Part shown: positions 17,626-27,708 of the stretch, piece by piece
Layout of the letters: each line of letters opens with the position of its first letter
Position numbering within the stretch: the stretch's first letter is position 1
NCBI GenBank assembly: GCA_049679485.1
Contig: JBAUGC010000155.1
Location: forward strand, 1-39,315
Direction of reading: 5' to 3'
Length of the DNA: 39,315 nt
From: Xanthobacteraceae bacterium
GTDB lineage: Bacteria > Pseudomonadota > Alphaproteobacteria > Rhizobiales > Xanthobacteraceae
Made by a program: the position numbers and the translations under genes
Notes under the pieces: generated by a model
Database searches by the model: none
What the model saw: only the letters and a program-made list of their open reading frames with translations
What the model was told of the DNA's origin: nothing

Positions 17626-18126
17626 TCAGCCCTCCCTCGCCGCCCGCAGCACTGCAGCAAGGACGCGCACCTGGCTGCCGCACCGGCAAAGATTTTGTGC
17701 CAGCGCCTCGCGCACGTCGCCCTCGGTCGGATGCGGCTGGCGATTAAGGAGCGCGGTCGCCGTCATGATCATGCCGTTGGTGCAATAGCCGCATTGCGCC
17801 GCCTGCTCGGCAATGAACGCGGCCTGCACCCGACTGGGCTACTCGGGACTGCCGAGCCCTTCCAGGGTCGTGATTTGACGTCCCTCGGCGTCGACGGCGC
17901 GCGTGACGCAGGACCGCGTCGCTTCGCCGTCGATCAGCACGGTGCAGGCACCGCATTGGCCAAGCCCGCAACCAAATTTGGGGCCGCGCAGCGCCAGATC
18001 GTCGCGCAGGGCATAGAGGAGCGGCATTTCCGGGTCATCAACGGCGACCTTATGGTCCGTGCCGTTCACCCGCAGGGTAATTTGGCTCGCCATTGCCCTT
18101 CCATCGTTCGGCCCCGGTGCATACAA
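17626..18126 (-). pseudogene. (2Fe-2S)-binding small subunit (IorA-like) interrupted by an in-frame TAG
   Basis: ORFs 17839..18126 and 17626..17829 are in the same frame: ...TTLEGLGSPE-TAG-PSRVQAAFIAEQAAQCGYCTNGM.... Both Fe-S motifs are present (CGLGQCGACTV; CGYC...CRCG). The TAG lies at 17839-17841. GGGAGGG sits before the downstream Mo-subunit ATG. Confidence 0.8.
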
Positions 18127-18539
18127 GCAACCGCAGGGCCTACAACCGCCTCACCCGATACAAATTGCAGGCCGGCGCACACATGGTCAGAGCGGCCTAA
18201 TAATGGGCTAAAAGCGGCAAGGAAAGCTTTGCGTCACCTCACGAAGCAGTGAAACCTCATGCCAGCGAGGGTGTTATGCAAAAAATACCTGGCCATCCGA
18301 CGGCGCGGTTCCCATATCCACCCGACATGCAAAACGGGACGCGGGAACCGATATCCGGTATCTGTGCGTGCCAGGCATGCGCTAAACCGCGCAGCCTTAC
18401 CAACAAGCCATAACAAGCGGCGGTAGTCCGGCGCAGGCCGAGCAGCTCAAAAAGGTCTGCTGGTCTACGCCGCCCTAACCTGGGAGAACGCCAAGGAGCC
18501 GACAACGCAGCGGATTCGCATCTCACGGGTTGCTGAGCC

Positions 18540-21500
18540 ATGGGCATTGTTCGTTTCGCTCTGAAATTACCCCACACCTTCTACGTCCTCGCGGCGCTCA
18601 TATTGTTCCTGGGCGTCACCGCTATTGCGGCGATGCCGACCGACATCTTTCCGGAAATCAACATCCCCGTCGTTACCATCATCTGGCAGTACACCGGGCT
18701 CAGTACACCGGAGATGGAACAACGGGTCACGACCTATAGCGAGTACGCGCTGTCGTCGAGCGTCAACGGCATCCAGGACATCGAAGCGCAGACGATCAAC
18801 GGCATTTCAGTTCAGAAGGTCTTTTTCCAGCCCGACGTAAATCTCGACCTTGCCATCGCTCAAATCGTGGCCGGAACCAATTCCATCCGCGCCTTGATGC
18901 CGGCCGGAATCCAGCCGCCGATTGTCGTGCAATACAACGCTTCGAGCGTCCCGGTGCTGCAGATCGGGCTGAGTTCCGATACGCTGAACGAGCAGCAACT
19001 CTACGATTACGGAATTTATCGGCTGCGCCAGCAGCTCGCGCCGATTCACGGCGTTACGCTGCCGACCCCGGCCGGCGGCAAGTATCGCCAGATCATGGTC
19101 GATATCGACCCGCTCAAATTACAGGCCAAAGGCCTGACGCCATTGGACGTGGTCAACGCCGTCAACGCGCAGAACCTGACGGTACCTGCCGGCCTGGCAA
19201 AGATCGGCGACACCCAATTCACGGTGCGCACCAACGCACTGCCGGCGTCGATCGAGGATCTCAACAACATCCCAGTGAAGTTTGCCAACGGCGCCACGGT
19301 GTTTGTCAAAGACGTGGGGCACGTTCACGACGGCTATGCCGTGCAGCAGAACATTGTGCGAATCGGTGGCAGCCGCGCCGTGCTGCTCAGCATCATCAAG
19401 AACGGTAACGCTTCAACGCTCGCCGTGGTCAACGCGGTCAAACACGCACTTACGATCGCCCGGCAGGCGGCGCCGCCGGGCATGCAAATCAAAGAGCTGT
19501 TCGATCAGTCGGTGTTCGTCACGGACTCGCTGCGCGCGCTGTTGCGCGAAGGCGCCATCGCCGCCGGACTAACCGCCCTGATGATTGTGCTGTTTCTCGG
19601 CTCGTGGCGCTCGACCTTGGTGGTGATGATCTCGATCCCGCTCTCGATCTTGAGTTCACTTGTTGTCCTGTACTTTCTGGGCGACACGATCAACACGATG
19701 ACTTTGGGCGGCCTTGCGCTGGCTATTGGTATCCTGGTGGACGATTCAACGGTAACAATCGAAAACACCCATCGATTGCTCACCGAGGAACACATGCCCC
19801 TGCCGGCGGCAACGCTGTACGGCGCGGCCGGCATCGCTGTTCCGACGCTGGTATCGACACTCGCCATCAGCTGCGTGTTCGTATCCGTGGTCTTCCTCCA
19901 CGGGCCGGCGAAGTACCTCTTCACCCCGCTCGGCCTCGCCGTGGTGTTTGCCATGCTGGCGTCCTACGGCCTGTCGCGAACGCTGACGCCGATATCGATC
20001 GGGCTATTGCTCAAGGGTGAACATCATGGCGAAGAAGGACAAAGCCGAAGCGGCTGGTTCGCGCGCCTGCATGCAAAGTTCGAATATGGGTTCGAAGCCA
20101 TGCGTGCCGCGTATGTGGACGTTCTTCATATTCTGTTGCGGCGACGCTTCATCGTGCCGCTGGGAGCGGCCGTAGCGCTTGCTTTGGGCGGCACGCTGTT
20201 CATGTTCGTCGGCCGCGACTTTTTCCCGCTGATCGACGGCGGCCAGATCCAGCTGCATGTGCGCGCGCCTGCGGGAACCCGCATCGAGAAAACCGAGCAA
20301 ATCTTCCAGGCGGTCGAGAACAAGATCCGCGAGGTCATTCCGCAAGACGAACGCGACCTGATCGTTGACAATATCGGCTTGCCGGCCCGTTCCTACAATT
20401 TTGCATTCGGCGACGGCACCGCCACCGGCCTGAACGACGGCGTCATCCTTGTGGCCCTCAAGGAGGGGCATGCGCCAACGGCAAAATATGTGGCGAAGCT
20501 TCGCCAGGTGCTGCCTGCCGCGTTCCCGGAAGACATTTTCTACTTCCAGGCCGCCGACATGGTGACTCAGATCCTGAACTTCGGCATCCCTGCGCAGATT
20601 AACGTACGCACTGTCGGATACGACCGCGCGAAAAACCTGCAAGTCGCAAAGCGGCTGCAAAAACGGATGGCGGCGATCCCGGGGCTAGCCGACGTGCATC
20701 TGCAGCAGGAGGTGAACACACCGGAGCTTTTCGCTCAGATCGATCGGGCGCGCGCCACCCAGTTCGGGCTCACCGCCAACAGCATCGCGCTGAACCTCAA
20801 CACCAGCTTGAGCTCATCGGAGCAAGTTGCTCCGAACTTCTGGACCGATCCGAGCAACGGAACTCCCTATTTCCTCGCGGTCCAGACGCCCGAATATCGT
20901 GTCGATACGCTCAATGATCTCAAGAATACGCCGGTGACAACATTCGCTGGCGCCAACCGCAATCCCGTGCCCGGGCTCCTCAGCAACGTCGCCACCATCA
21001 AGCGCGACTCGACCCCGACCAACGCCAATCAAGCGAACGTACAACCTGTCTATGAGATCTATGCCAATGCCGAAGGCCGCGATCTTGGCTCAATATCGAG
21101 CGACCTGAACAAGGTCATAGCGGAGTACCAAAAACAGCTCTCGCCGGGCAATCGGATTGAGATCGTCGGTCAGATCGAGAGCATGAATTCCGCATTTCGC
21201 GATCTGGCGATCGGCATCCTGTTTGCCGCCGTGTTCGTCTACATGCTCATGGTGGTGAATTATCAGAACTGGGGAGACCCATTCGTGGTCATCCTGGCGC
21301 TGCCGGCGACTTTCTGCGGCATCGTTACCATGCTGTACATCACCAATACGACGTTAAGCGTGCCGTCGCTGATGGGCGCCATCATGGCGATCGGCGTGGC
21401 GTCGGCCAACTCTATCCTGCTGGTCACCTTCGCACGCGATCGACAACTCGATGGGGCGAGCGCGTTCGAGGCCGCGATCGCCGCTGGCCGCACCCGCATC

Positions 21501-21725
21501 CGGCCGGTGCTGATGACGGCCGCCGCCATGATCGTCGGCATGGTCCCGATGGCAATCGGCGGTGCCGGCGAGGAGCAGAATGCCGCGCTGGCCCGGGCGG
21601 TGATCGGCGGCCTGCTTTTTGCAACGCCGACGACGCTGCTTGCGGTGCCCTATCTTTTCGCCCTGCTCCGCAAGGGCAATGACGGCAAGCCGGCGCACGG
21701 TGTGTTTACTGAGGAATTGGCATGA
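18540..21725 (+). CDS. RND efflux transporter permease (AcrB/AcrD/AcrF superfamily)
   Basis: 1061-aa ORF. It has the typical RND N-terminus (FALKLPHTFYVLAALILFLG...FPEINIPVVTI) and a 12-TM, two-large-loop architecture. Confidence 0.9.
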   Translation: MGIVRFALKLPHTFYVLAALILFLGVTAIAAMPTDIFPEINIPVVTIIWQYTGLSTPEMEQRVTTYSEYALSSSVNGIQDIEAQTINGISVQKVFFQPDVNLDLAIAQIVAGTNSIRALMPAGIQPPIVVQYNASSVPVLQIGLSSDTLNEQQLYDYGIYRLRQQLAPIHGVTLPTPAGGKYRQIMVDIDPLKLQAKGLTPLDVVNAVNAQNLTVPAGLAKIGDTQFTVRTNALPASIEDLNNIPVKFANGATVFVKDVGHVHDGYAVQQNIVRIGGSRAVLLSIIKNGNASTLAVVNAVKHALTIARQAAPPGMQIKELFDQSVFVTDSLRALLREGAIAAGLTALMIVLFLGSWRSTLVVMISIPLSILSSLVVLYFLGDTINTMTLGGLALAIGILVDDSTVTIENTHRLLTEEHMPLPAATLYGAAGIAVPTLVSTLAISCVFVSVVFLHGPAKYLFTPLGLAVVFAMLASYGLSRTLTPISIGLLLKGEHHGEEGQSRSGWFARLHAKFEYGFEAMRAAYVDVLHILLRRRFIVPLGAAVALALGGTLFMFVGRDFFPLIDGGQIQLHVRAPAGTRIEKTEQIFQAVENKIREVIPQDERDLIVDNIGLPARSYNFAFGDGTATGLNDGVILVALKEGHAPTAKYVAKLRQVLPAAFPEDIFYFQAADMVTQILNFGIPAQINVRTVGYDRAKNLQVAKRLQKRMAAIPGLADVHLQQEVNTPELFAQIDRARATQFGLTANSIALNLNTSLSSSEQVAPNFWTDPSNGTPYFLAVQTPEYRVDTLNDLKNTPVTTFAGANRNPVPGLLSNVATIKRDSTPTNANQANVQPVYEIYANAEGRDLGSISSDLNKVIAEYQKQLSPGNRIEIVGQIESMNSAFRDLAIGILFAAVFVYMLMVVNYQNWGDPFVVILALPATFCGIVTMLYITNTTLSVPSLMGAIMAIGVASANSILLVTFARDRQLDGASAFEAAIAAGRTRIRPVLMTAAAMIVGMVPMAIGGAGEEQNAALARAVIGGLLFATPTTLLAVPYLFALLRKGNDGKPAHGVFTEELA

Positions 21726-23029
21726 ACAAGATGGAGCGGTCTCCGCTGCACGACTTCGATCCGGCCGAAGTACCGGGCGATCGGCTCGACCGCACAAGCG
21801 GGAACACCGAAGCCCGCGACAAACCGCATGAGTCCTCGGTGCGGCGAATTCGCGGAGCCCGAATTGTTGCGCTGTGCGCCGTGCTGCTGCTCGGTGGGGC
21901 GCTCACGATCGGCATCTGGCAGCACTACAGCGTCCACGCCGAGATGATGGCGACGGCCGAGCTGCATCAAGACTTCGTCCCGAGCGTTCGCACCGCCGCC
22001 GTACGTGCGAGCGACGCGACCATGTCGGTGACGTGGCCGGGGGCGACCGAAGCCTTTGAGCAGGCCAACATCTATGCTCGGGCGAGTGGCTATATTTCCA
22101 AGCGCACAGTCGACATCGGCAGCCGGGTCAAAGCCGGACAGCTTTTGGTCGAGATCACCGCCCCGGAGGTCGAGCATCAAATCGCTCAGGCGCAGGGAAC
22201 GCTCGCGCAACTGGAAGCCGCGCTACAGCAGGCGCAGGCCAACCGCGACCTCGCCCAAGTTACCTGGGATCGCGATGGCAAGCTCGTGCAGGAGGGTTGG
22301 GTCACGAAGCAGCAAGGGGACACCGATCGCTTGACCCTGCAGGCGCGGGACGCCGCGGTTTCAGTTGCCGCTGCCAACATCGTAGCGCAAAAGGCGCAAC
22401 TTCGCGTGCTGGAGCAGCAGAAAACTTATCAGAGCGTGGTGGCGCCATTCGACGGCGTGATCACCCAGCGCAACATCGATGTCGGCAGCCTGGTGCAGGC
22501 AGACGCCACCAGTGGCACCTTCCTGTTCACCCTCATGCACAGTGACATCCTTCGCATCCAGCTCTACGTGCCTCAGGATGAAGCCTTCGGTATTGAGCCG
22601 GGGGTCAAGGCAATCGTGCACGTACCGGAAATACCCGGTCGCGAGTTCGCCGGCACGGTGACGCGCATTGCAACCGCGCTACAGCCGGGCACGAGAACGC
22701 TGCTGACTGAGATCGACGTCCCCAACCTCGAGCATGTCCTGTCGCCCGGAATTTACTGCACGGTCGAACTGAAAATACCGCGAAAGACGCCCTCTTTGAT
22801 CGTTCCTTCCGAGGCGATTATCTTCAACCGCGAAGGTCTGAATGTCGCGGTGGTCGAAAACGGCGTCGCCCGCTTTCACCGGGTAAACGTGGTGCGCGAT
22901 TTCGGCACCACCGTCGAGGTAAACGATGGGATCAAGGACGGCGATCAGGTGATTCTCAATCCACCCGTCGACCTGACCGATGGGCATAAGGTCAGCGTTC
23001 GTACCGCCGCGAATGCTCAAGCGTCCTGA
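21722..23029 (+). CDS. RND periplasmic adaptor (membrane fusion protein, HlyD family)
   Basis: ATG 21722 overlaps the permease stop (ATGA). The N-terminal cytoplasmic stretch is followed by a TM anchor (IVALCAVLLLGGALTIGIW). A coiled-coil hairpin (AQAQGTLAQLEAALQQAQANRDLAQ) and a beta-barrel C-terminus are present. Confidence 0.85.
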   Translation: MNKMERSPLHDFDPAEVPGDRLDRTSGNTEARDKPHESSVRRIRGARIVALCAVLLLGGALTIGIWQHYSVHAEMMATAELHQDFVPSVRTAAVRASDATMSVTWPGATEAFEQANIYARASGYISKRTVDIGSRVKAGQLLVEITAPEVEHQIAQAQGTLAQLEAALQQAQANRDLAQVTWDRDGKLVQEGWVTKQQGDTDRLTLQARDAAVSVAAANIVAQKAQLRVLEQQKTYQSVVAPFDGVITQRNIDVGSLVQADATSGTFLFTLMHSDILRIQLYVPQDEAFGIEPGVKAIVHVPEIPGREFAGTVTRIATALQPGTRTLLTEIDVPNLEHVLSPGIYCTVELKIPRKTPSLIVPSEAIIFNREGLNVAVVENGVARFHRVNVVRDFGTTVEVNDGIKDGDQVILNPPVDLTDGHKVSVRTAANAQAS

Positions 23030-23065
23030 GGCGCGCGAGCGCAACCGTCCGCCAAGAACAACAGC

Positions 23066-23908
23066 TTACAGCGCCGCGGCCGCCTCTTTGAGACGCTTCG
23101 TCATCTCGTTGCGGCCGCTCAACATCGTCGACCAGCCGCGCGTGACGCTTGAGTGACCGCCATCGACGACGATGTCCTGGCCATTGACGAAGCTCGATCC
23201 ATCGCTCGCCAGATAGACCGCCGCTCGGGCGATATCTTCCGGCAAACCAGCGCGCGGAATCGGTTGCAGCGCCGCAAAGCCCACCTTGAGCATATTGGTT
23301 AACTTGTCCGCCTTGGCGCCTTCGACGCCCGCGTTCTTGGCAAAGATGCCGGTAACGATCGCGCCGGGCGAAATGCTGTTGACGCGGATGCCCATCTCTC
23401 CCAGTTCGGCGCCGGCGGAGCGCGTCAGCGCCAGCACGGCGCCCTTCGTCGCCGAGTAAATATGGCCGGAAAGACCGCCACGCAGGCCCGCCATGCTGCT
23501 GATGCTGATGATGCTGCCGGCCTTTTGCGCGATCATGACGGCGGCGACATGTTTGATGCCCAGAAGAACGCCGCGGACATTGACAGCCATGAGCCGGTCG
23601 ATGGTTTCGACGTCGATCTCGCTGATACTGACCATCGGCGACGGAATCGCGGCATTATTGACCAGGCAGTCGACGCGGCCGAAGGCCTTAACCGCGCAAT
23701 CGACCATGCCCTTCACGTCGATTTCGCTTGAAACGTCGGTGCGGATGAAGCGGACGCCAAGGCGCTTTTCCAGCCCGGCCCCCTCCTGCTCGCGTCGCGC
23801 TGCAACTACGACCTTGGCGCCTTCTTCAACGAACAATTCAACGATCCGTTCGCCAATGCCGCTCGTGCCCCCAGTGACAATGGCGACCTTTCCGTCCAAC
23901 GCTCCCAT
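23066..23908 (-). CDS. short-chain dehydrogenase/reductase (SDR) family oxidoreductase
   Basis: TGGTSGIG cofactor motif, NNAA, and catalytic S...YSATK are present. The start lies 9 nt downstream of the preceding binding-protein stop. Confidence 0.9.
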   Translation of the reverse strand: MGALDGKVAIVTGGTSGIGERIVELFVEEGAKVVVAARREQEGAGLEKRLGVRFIRTDVSSEIDVKGMVDCAVKAFGRVDCLVNNAAIPSPMVSISEIDVETIDRLMAVNVRGVLLGIKHVAAVMIAQKAGSIISISSMAGLRGGLSGHIYSATKGAVLALTRSAGAELGEMGIRVNSISPGAIVTGIFAKNAGVEGAKADKLTNMLKVGFAALQPIPRAGLPEDIARAAVYLASDGSSFVNGQDIVVDGGHSSVTRGWSTMLSGRNEMTKRLKEAAAAL

Positions 23909-23917
23909 TTGTTCCCC

Positions 23918-25045
23918 TTATCTGCCGGTCTTGATCCGCGTCCACAGGCGGTTGATCAACCGTTGCGTCTTCTGATCGTGCGCGGTGATGGTGTAAAGCT
24001 TAGCCATCGTCGCGGCATCAGGATAGATGGTGCGATCGTCGAGGATCGGTTTGTCGATAAATTTCTGGCTCGCCAAATTGCCGTTGGCGTAAGCGATGAA
24101 ATTTGAGTTCTTTGCCGCTACCTGGGGCTTAAGCAGATAATTGATAAGCGCATGCGCCTCGGTGACATCGGGCGCGTCCTTCGGAATGGCGAGGTTGTCA
24201 AACCATAATTGCGCACCCTCTTTCGGAATGACGTAGCCAATCGAAATGCCGCCTTTTGCCTCCGCCGCGCGCTTTTGCGCTTGCTTGATATCCCCGGAAA
24301 ACCCGACGACGAAACAGATCTCACCGGTGGCCAGTGCGTTCAGATATTCCGAGGAGTGAAACTTGCGCACATACGGTCTGATTTTCATCAGCAAATCCGC
24401 TGCCTTTTGCAGGTCGCCCGGATCGCTCGAATTCGGATTGAGATGCAGGTAGTGCAACGCGGCCGGCATGATGTCGTCCGACGAGTCAAGGAAGTGAACA
24501 CCACAATCCTTGAATCTGGCAATCTTGGCCGGCGCGAACACATCGTCCCAGGAATCGATTGAATCGCCGGCGCTAGCGATTTCGCGCGCGTCTTTGACGT
24601 TGTAGCCGATCCCGGTCGTGCCCCACACGTAGTTGACCGCGTATTGGTTGCCGGGATCGTAACTCGCCAATCGGTTGGCGATCTCCGCCCAGGCGTTGGC
24701 GAGGTTCGGCAGCTCCGACTTGTCGAGCTTCTGGAAAACGCCTGCCGCAATCTGGCGGGCGAGAAAATAGCCGGTCGGCACGACAACATCGTAACCGGAT
24801 TTGCCGGCCAACAGCTTTGCCTCCAGCGTATCGTTGGAGTCAAAGGTGTCGTAGCGGACTTTTATCCCGGTCTCTTTGGTGAATTCGTCCAGAACCGTCG
24901 GATCGATATAGTCCGACCAGTTATAGAAATTGACGACGCGCTCCTTCCGAGCTGGCGCCGGCCCAGCCGCGATCAGACAAACGGCGATAGCAAAGATAAT
25001 TCCCGCCGGCGCCGGAATGGCTAGTTTATGACGAAGCGCCTTCAC
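23918..25045 (-). CDS. polyamine (putrescine/spermidine) ABC-type periplasmic binding protein, PotF/PotD-like
   Basis: VNFYNWSDYIDP...FTKETGIKVRYDTFDSNDTLEAKLLAG is the characteristic PotF/PotD N-terminal region. The start is uncertain: the ORF opens at GTG 25105, and GTG 25045 gives signal peptide VKALRHKLAIPAPAGIIFAIAVCLIAAGPAPA. No permease or ATPase genes are adjacent. Confidence 0.75.
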   Translation of the reverse strand: MKALRHKLAIPAPAGIIFAIAVCLIAAGPAPARKERVVNFYNWSDYIDPTVLDEFTKETGIKVRYDTFDSNDTLEAKLLAGKSGYDVVVPTGYFLARQIAAGVFQKLDKSELPNLANAWAEIANRLASYDPGNQYAVNYVWGTTGIGYNVKDAREIASAGDSIDSWDDVFAPAKIARFKDCGVHFLDSSDDIMPAALHYLHLNPNSSDPGDLQKAADLLMKIRPYVRKFHSSEYLNALATGEICFVVGFSGDIKQAQKRAAEAKGGISIGYVIPKEGAQLWFDNLAIPKDAPDVTEAHALINYLLKPQVAAKNSNFIAYANGNLASQKFIDKPILDDRTIYPDAATMAKLYTITAHDQKTQRLINRLWTRIKTGR

Positions 25046-25058
25046 CCGTGAAATCGTG

Positions 25059-25397
25059 CTAGCTCTCGGTCGGCAGTCCGGCCGCTCTCCACGCCAGAAT
25101 GCCACCGGCCATATGCGAGTTATAGTCGAAGCCCTGCTCCTGCGCGGCGAGCGAGGCGGTTACCGAACGCCGACCTGAGCGGCAGGCAAACACCACTTCG
25201 CTTCCCGGCGGTGCCGGGATCGTTGCCGGGTCGAACGACGAGAGCGGTACCAGGACTGCGCCGGGAAAGCGCTCAACCGCAGTTTCGTTGGGCTCGCGCA
25301 CGTCAACGAGCACGATGTGGCCCTCCTTCAATCCCTCCGCGACCTGCTGCGGCGTCAGATCGTGCACCTTGTGCCCTCCCCCCGGTTGATCCGACAT
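25059..25397 (-). CDS. single-domain rhodanese-like sulfurtransferase
   Basis: 112-aa ORF. ATG 25397 is preceded by GAGGAGGGA. The active-site loop CRSGRRS is present, along with LVDVREPNE. Confidence 0.85.
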   Translation of the reverse strand: MSDQPGGGHKVHDLTPQQVAEGLKEGHIVLVDVREPNETAVERFPGAVLVPLSSFDPATIPAPPGSEVVFACRSGRRSVTASLAAQEQGFDYNSHMAGGILAWRAAGLPTES

Positions 25398-25563
25398 GGT
25401 CCCTCCTCGTGAAAAAGCCCCCTGACCGGGCAGATTGCGTCAGCCGCGCGTGAAATCAAAGCGGCTTTTGCGAATTTCCTTAAGGGCGAGCTGGCCCGAC
25501 ACGGCCGCCATTTGTGGATCGATTCCGGCGGTCAAGCCTTCAGCATCGTCCGCGGATCGTGTC

Positions 25564-27495
25564 CTAGATATTCACTTGGGTGCCGACCTCGACAACCCGG
25601 TCGGTCGGTATCTGGAAGTAATCGGTCGCATCGTTGGCCGAACGGGCAAGTGTAATGAACATGCGGTCCTGCCAATGAGGCATTCCCGAACGCGACGCCC
25701 GCCGCAACGCTCGGCGCGACAGGAAAAACGACGTCGACATGATATCGAATTGTAGCCCAAGCTTGCGCGCAAGCGCGAGCGCCTTGGGAATATTCGGCGT
25801 CTCCATGTAACCGAAACGCAAAAGCACCCGCATGAAAGTCGAACCGACCGGCTCGATGCGCACGCGTTTGCTCGGCTCAACGCGTGGCGTATGGGTGGTC
25901 TCGACCGACAGGATGATGTTCTTCTCGTGCAGCACCCGATAGTGCTTGAGGCTATGTAGTAGCGCGGTGGGCGCGCTCTTCGGATCGCTGGTGAGGAACA
26001 CCGCCGTTCCGGGAACCCGTTGCGGCGGTTTACGCTCCAGCATGTGCACTAACTCGTCGAGCGGTGTCTCCAACCGGCGGGTTTTCTCGAATAGAAGCCT
26101 GGAGCCACGCCGCCAAGTGTACATAACCACCATGACGACGCCGCCCAGCGCGAGCGGCACCCAGCCGCCCTCGACGACCTTGAGCATGTTGGCGGAAAGG
26201 AATGTTAGATCGATCAAAACGAACGGCAGCATCAGCGCCGCGGCGGCAATCGGTGACCAGTGCCACATCCGCCAGATCACTACAAACGCCATCGTCGCGG
26301 TGACGACCATCGTGCCCGATACGGCGATGCCATAGGCAGAGGCGAGCGCGCTTGACGAGCGGAACAGGGCAACGAGCAGCAGCACGCCAACGAGCAAAAG
26401 ACTGTTGACGCGCGGCATGTAGATCTGACCGGCCTGATGAGCCGAGGTGTGGCGGATTTCGAAGCGCGGTAGGAGGCCGAGTTGGATCGCCTGGCTGGTC
26501 AGCGAGTAGGCGCCAGTGATGACCGCCTGGCTGGCGATCACGGTCGCCGCGGTCGCCAATACGACCATTGGAATGCGGGCCCAGTGGGGATAGAGCAGAA
26601 AGAACGGATTGGTGATCGCATCGGGATGAGCAAAGACGAGTGCGCCCTGCCCCAGGTAGTTGAGCGCCAGCGCTGGCAGGACGAGGCCAAGCCACGCCGC
26701 CTGAATGGGAAGCCTGCCGAAATGACCAAGGTCGGCATAAAGCGCTTCGGCGCCAGTAACGGCGAGAAACACCGCGCCCAACGTGTAAAACCCGATGATC
26801 CCGTGATTGAGGAGAAACGCTATGCCATGGGCGGGATTAAGCGCCCACAGCACTTCGGGATCCCTAGCGATCCACAGGATACCCGGTATAGCGATCGCTA
26901 CAAACCACACCGCAGTAACTGGACCGAAAAGGGCCGCGACCTTCGCTGTGCCGCGCGATTGAAACGAAAACAACACGATCAGAATGACCACGGTCAGCGG
27001 CACCACAAAGTCATGGAATGCGGGTGTGGCGACGTCGAGTCCTTCGACGGCAGAGAGCACGGACAATGCAGGTGTAATAACGGCGTCGCCGTAAAACAAA
27101 GCCGCACTGATAATGCCCAGCAGCGCAACAATACTGGCGGCTTTGCTCGCGCGCGTGACGGCGCGTGATGCAAGCGCCATCAGGGTCAGCGTACCGCCCT
27201 CCCCGTTATTGTCGGCGCGAAGTAGGATCAGCACATACTTCAGCGTGACGATAACGAACAGCGCCCACAGGATGAGCGACACCACGCCAAGGACCATCTC
27301 GCGCGCGATCGCTTCGTGATTAGTGCCGGACGCCGCGACCATCGCCTCGCGCAACGCATAAAGCGGGCTGGTGCCGATGTCGCCATAGACGACGCCGAGG
27401 CTGCCGAGCGTAAGGCCCCAAAAGCCGGCGCGGGAACGCGTTTCGCCATTAACGAACACTTCGCTCCCGAGCGGAGCGGTTACGCTATCTGCCAT
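25564..27495 (-). CDS. kup: KUP/HAK/KT family potassium uptake protein
   Basis: [18 protein letters not shown] is the hallmark Kup N-terminus. About 12 TM segments are followed by a cytoplasmic C-domain. ATG 27495 was chosen because typical Kup proteins are about 620-640 aa (643 aa from 27495). The ORF itself opens at 27594. Confidence 0.88.
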   Translation of the reverse strand: MADSVTAPLGSEVFVNGETRSRAGFWGLTLGSLGVVYGDIGTSPLYALREAMVAASGTNHEAIAREMVLGVVSLILWALFVIVTLKYVLILLRADNNGEGGTLTLMALASRAVTRASKAASIVALLGIISAALFYGDAVITPALSVLSAVEGLDVATPAFHDFVVPLTVVILIVLFSFQSRGTAKVAALFGPVTAVWFVAIAIPGILWIARDPEVLWALNPAHGIAFLLNHGIIGFYTLGAVFLAVTGAEALYADLGHFGRLPIQAAWLGLVLPALALNYLGQGALVFAHPDAITNPFFLLYPHWARIPMVVLATAATVIASQAVITGAYSLTSQAIQLGLLPRFEIRHTSAHQAGQIYMPRVNSLLLVGVLLLVALFRSSSALASAYGIAVSGTMVVTATMAFVVIWRMWHWSPIAAAALMLPFVLIDLTFLSANMLKVVEGGWVPLALGGVVMVVMYTWRRGSRLLFEKTRRLETPLDELVHMLERKPPQRVPGTAVFLTSDPKSAPTALLHSLKHYRVLHEKNIILSVETTHTPRVEPSKRVRIEPVGSTFMRVLLRFGYMETPNIPKALALARKLGLQFDIMSTSFFLSRRALRRASRSGMPHWQDRMFITLARSANDATDYFQIPTDRVVEVGTQVNI

Positions 27496-27708
27496 CGAGT
27501 TTGAAACAGGAAGTCGCCCTGCTCCTGGTATTGCGTCGCAAGGGAAGCGGCCCGCGCGTATACACGCTCCAAGACCAAGAGTCTCGGCCGTCATGAGCGG
27601 CTAACGCGAGCCAAACCATGCGGTCGCCCTGAAAAGGTCAGTTCTTGACCCTAGCAGCCCCGCGCAAAAAGCGTTAGATAGAGACGATTTCCCGGTGTTG
27701 GCAGTGGC

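Noticed and set aside
17839-17841. The two in-frame TAG codons (also at 32055-32057) as pyrrolysine or programmed read-through sites. The second has the context TAG-CAG-CTA, which matches the plant-virus UAG-CAR-YYA leaky motif.
   Set aside because: No pyl genes or suppressor tRNA are visible in the window. That motif is established only for eukaryotic ribosomes. The co-occurring frameshift and deletions make plain inactivation, or sequencing error, the simpler explanation.
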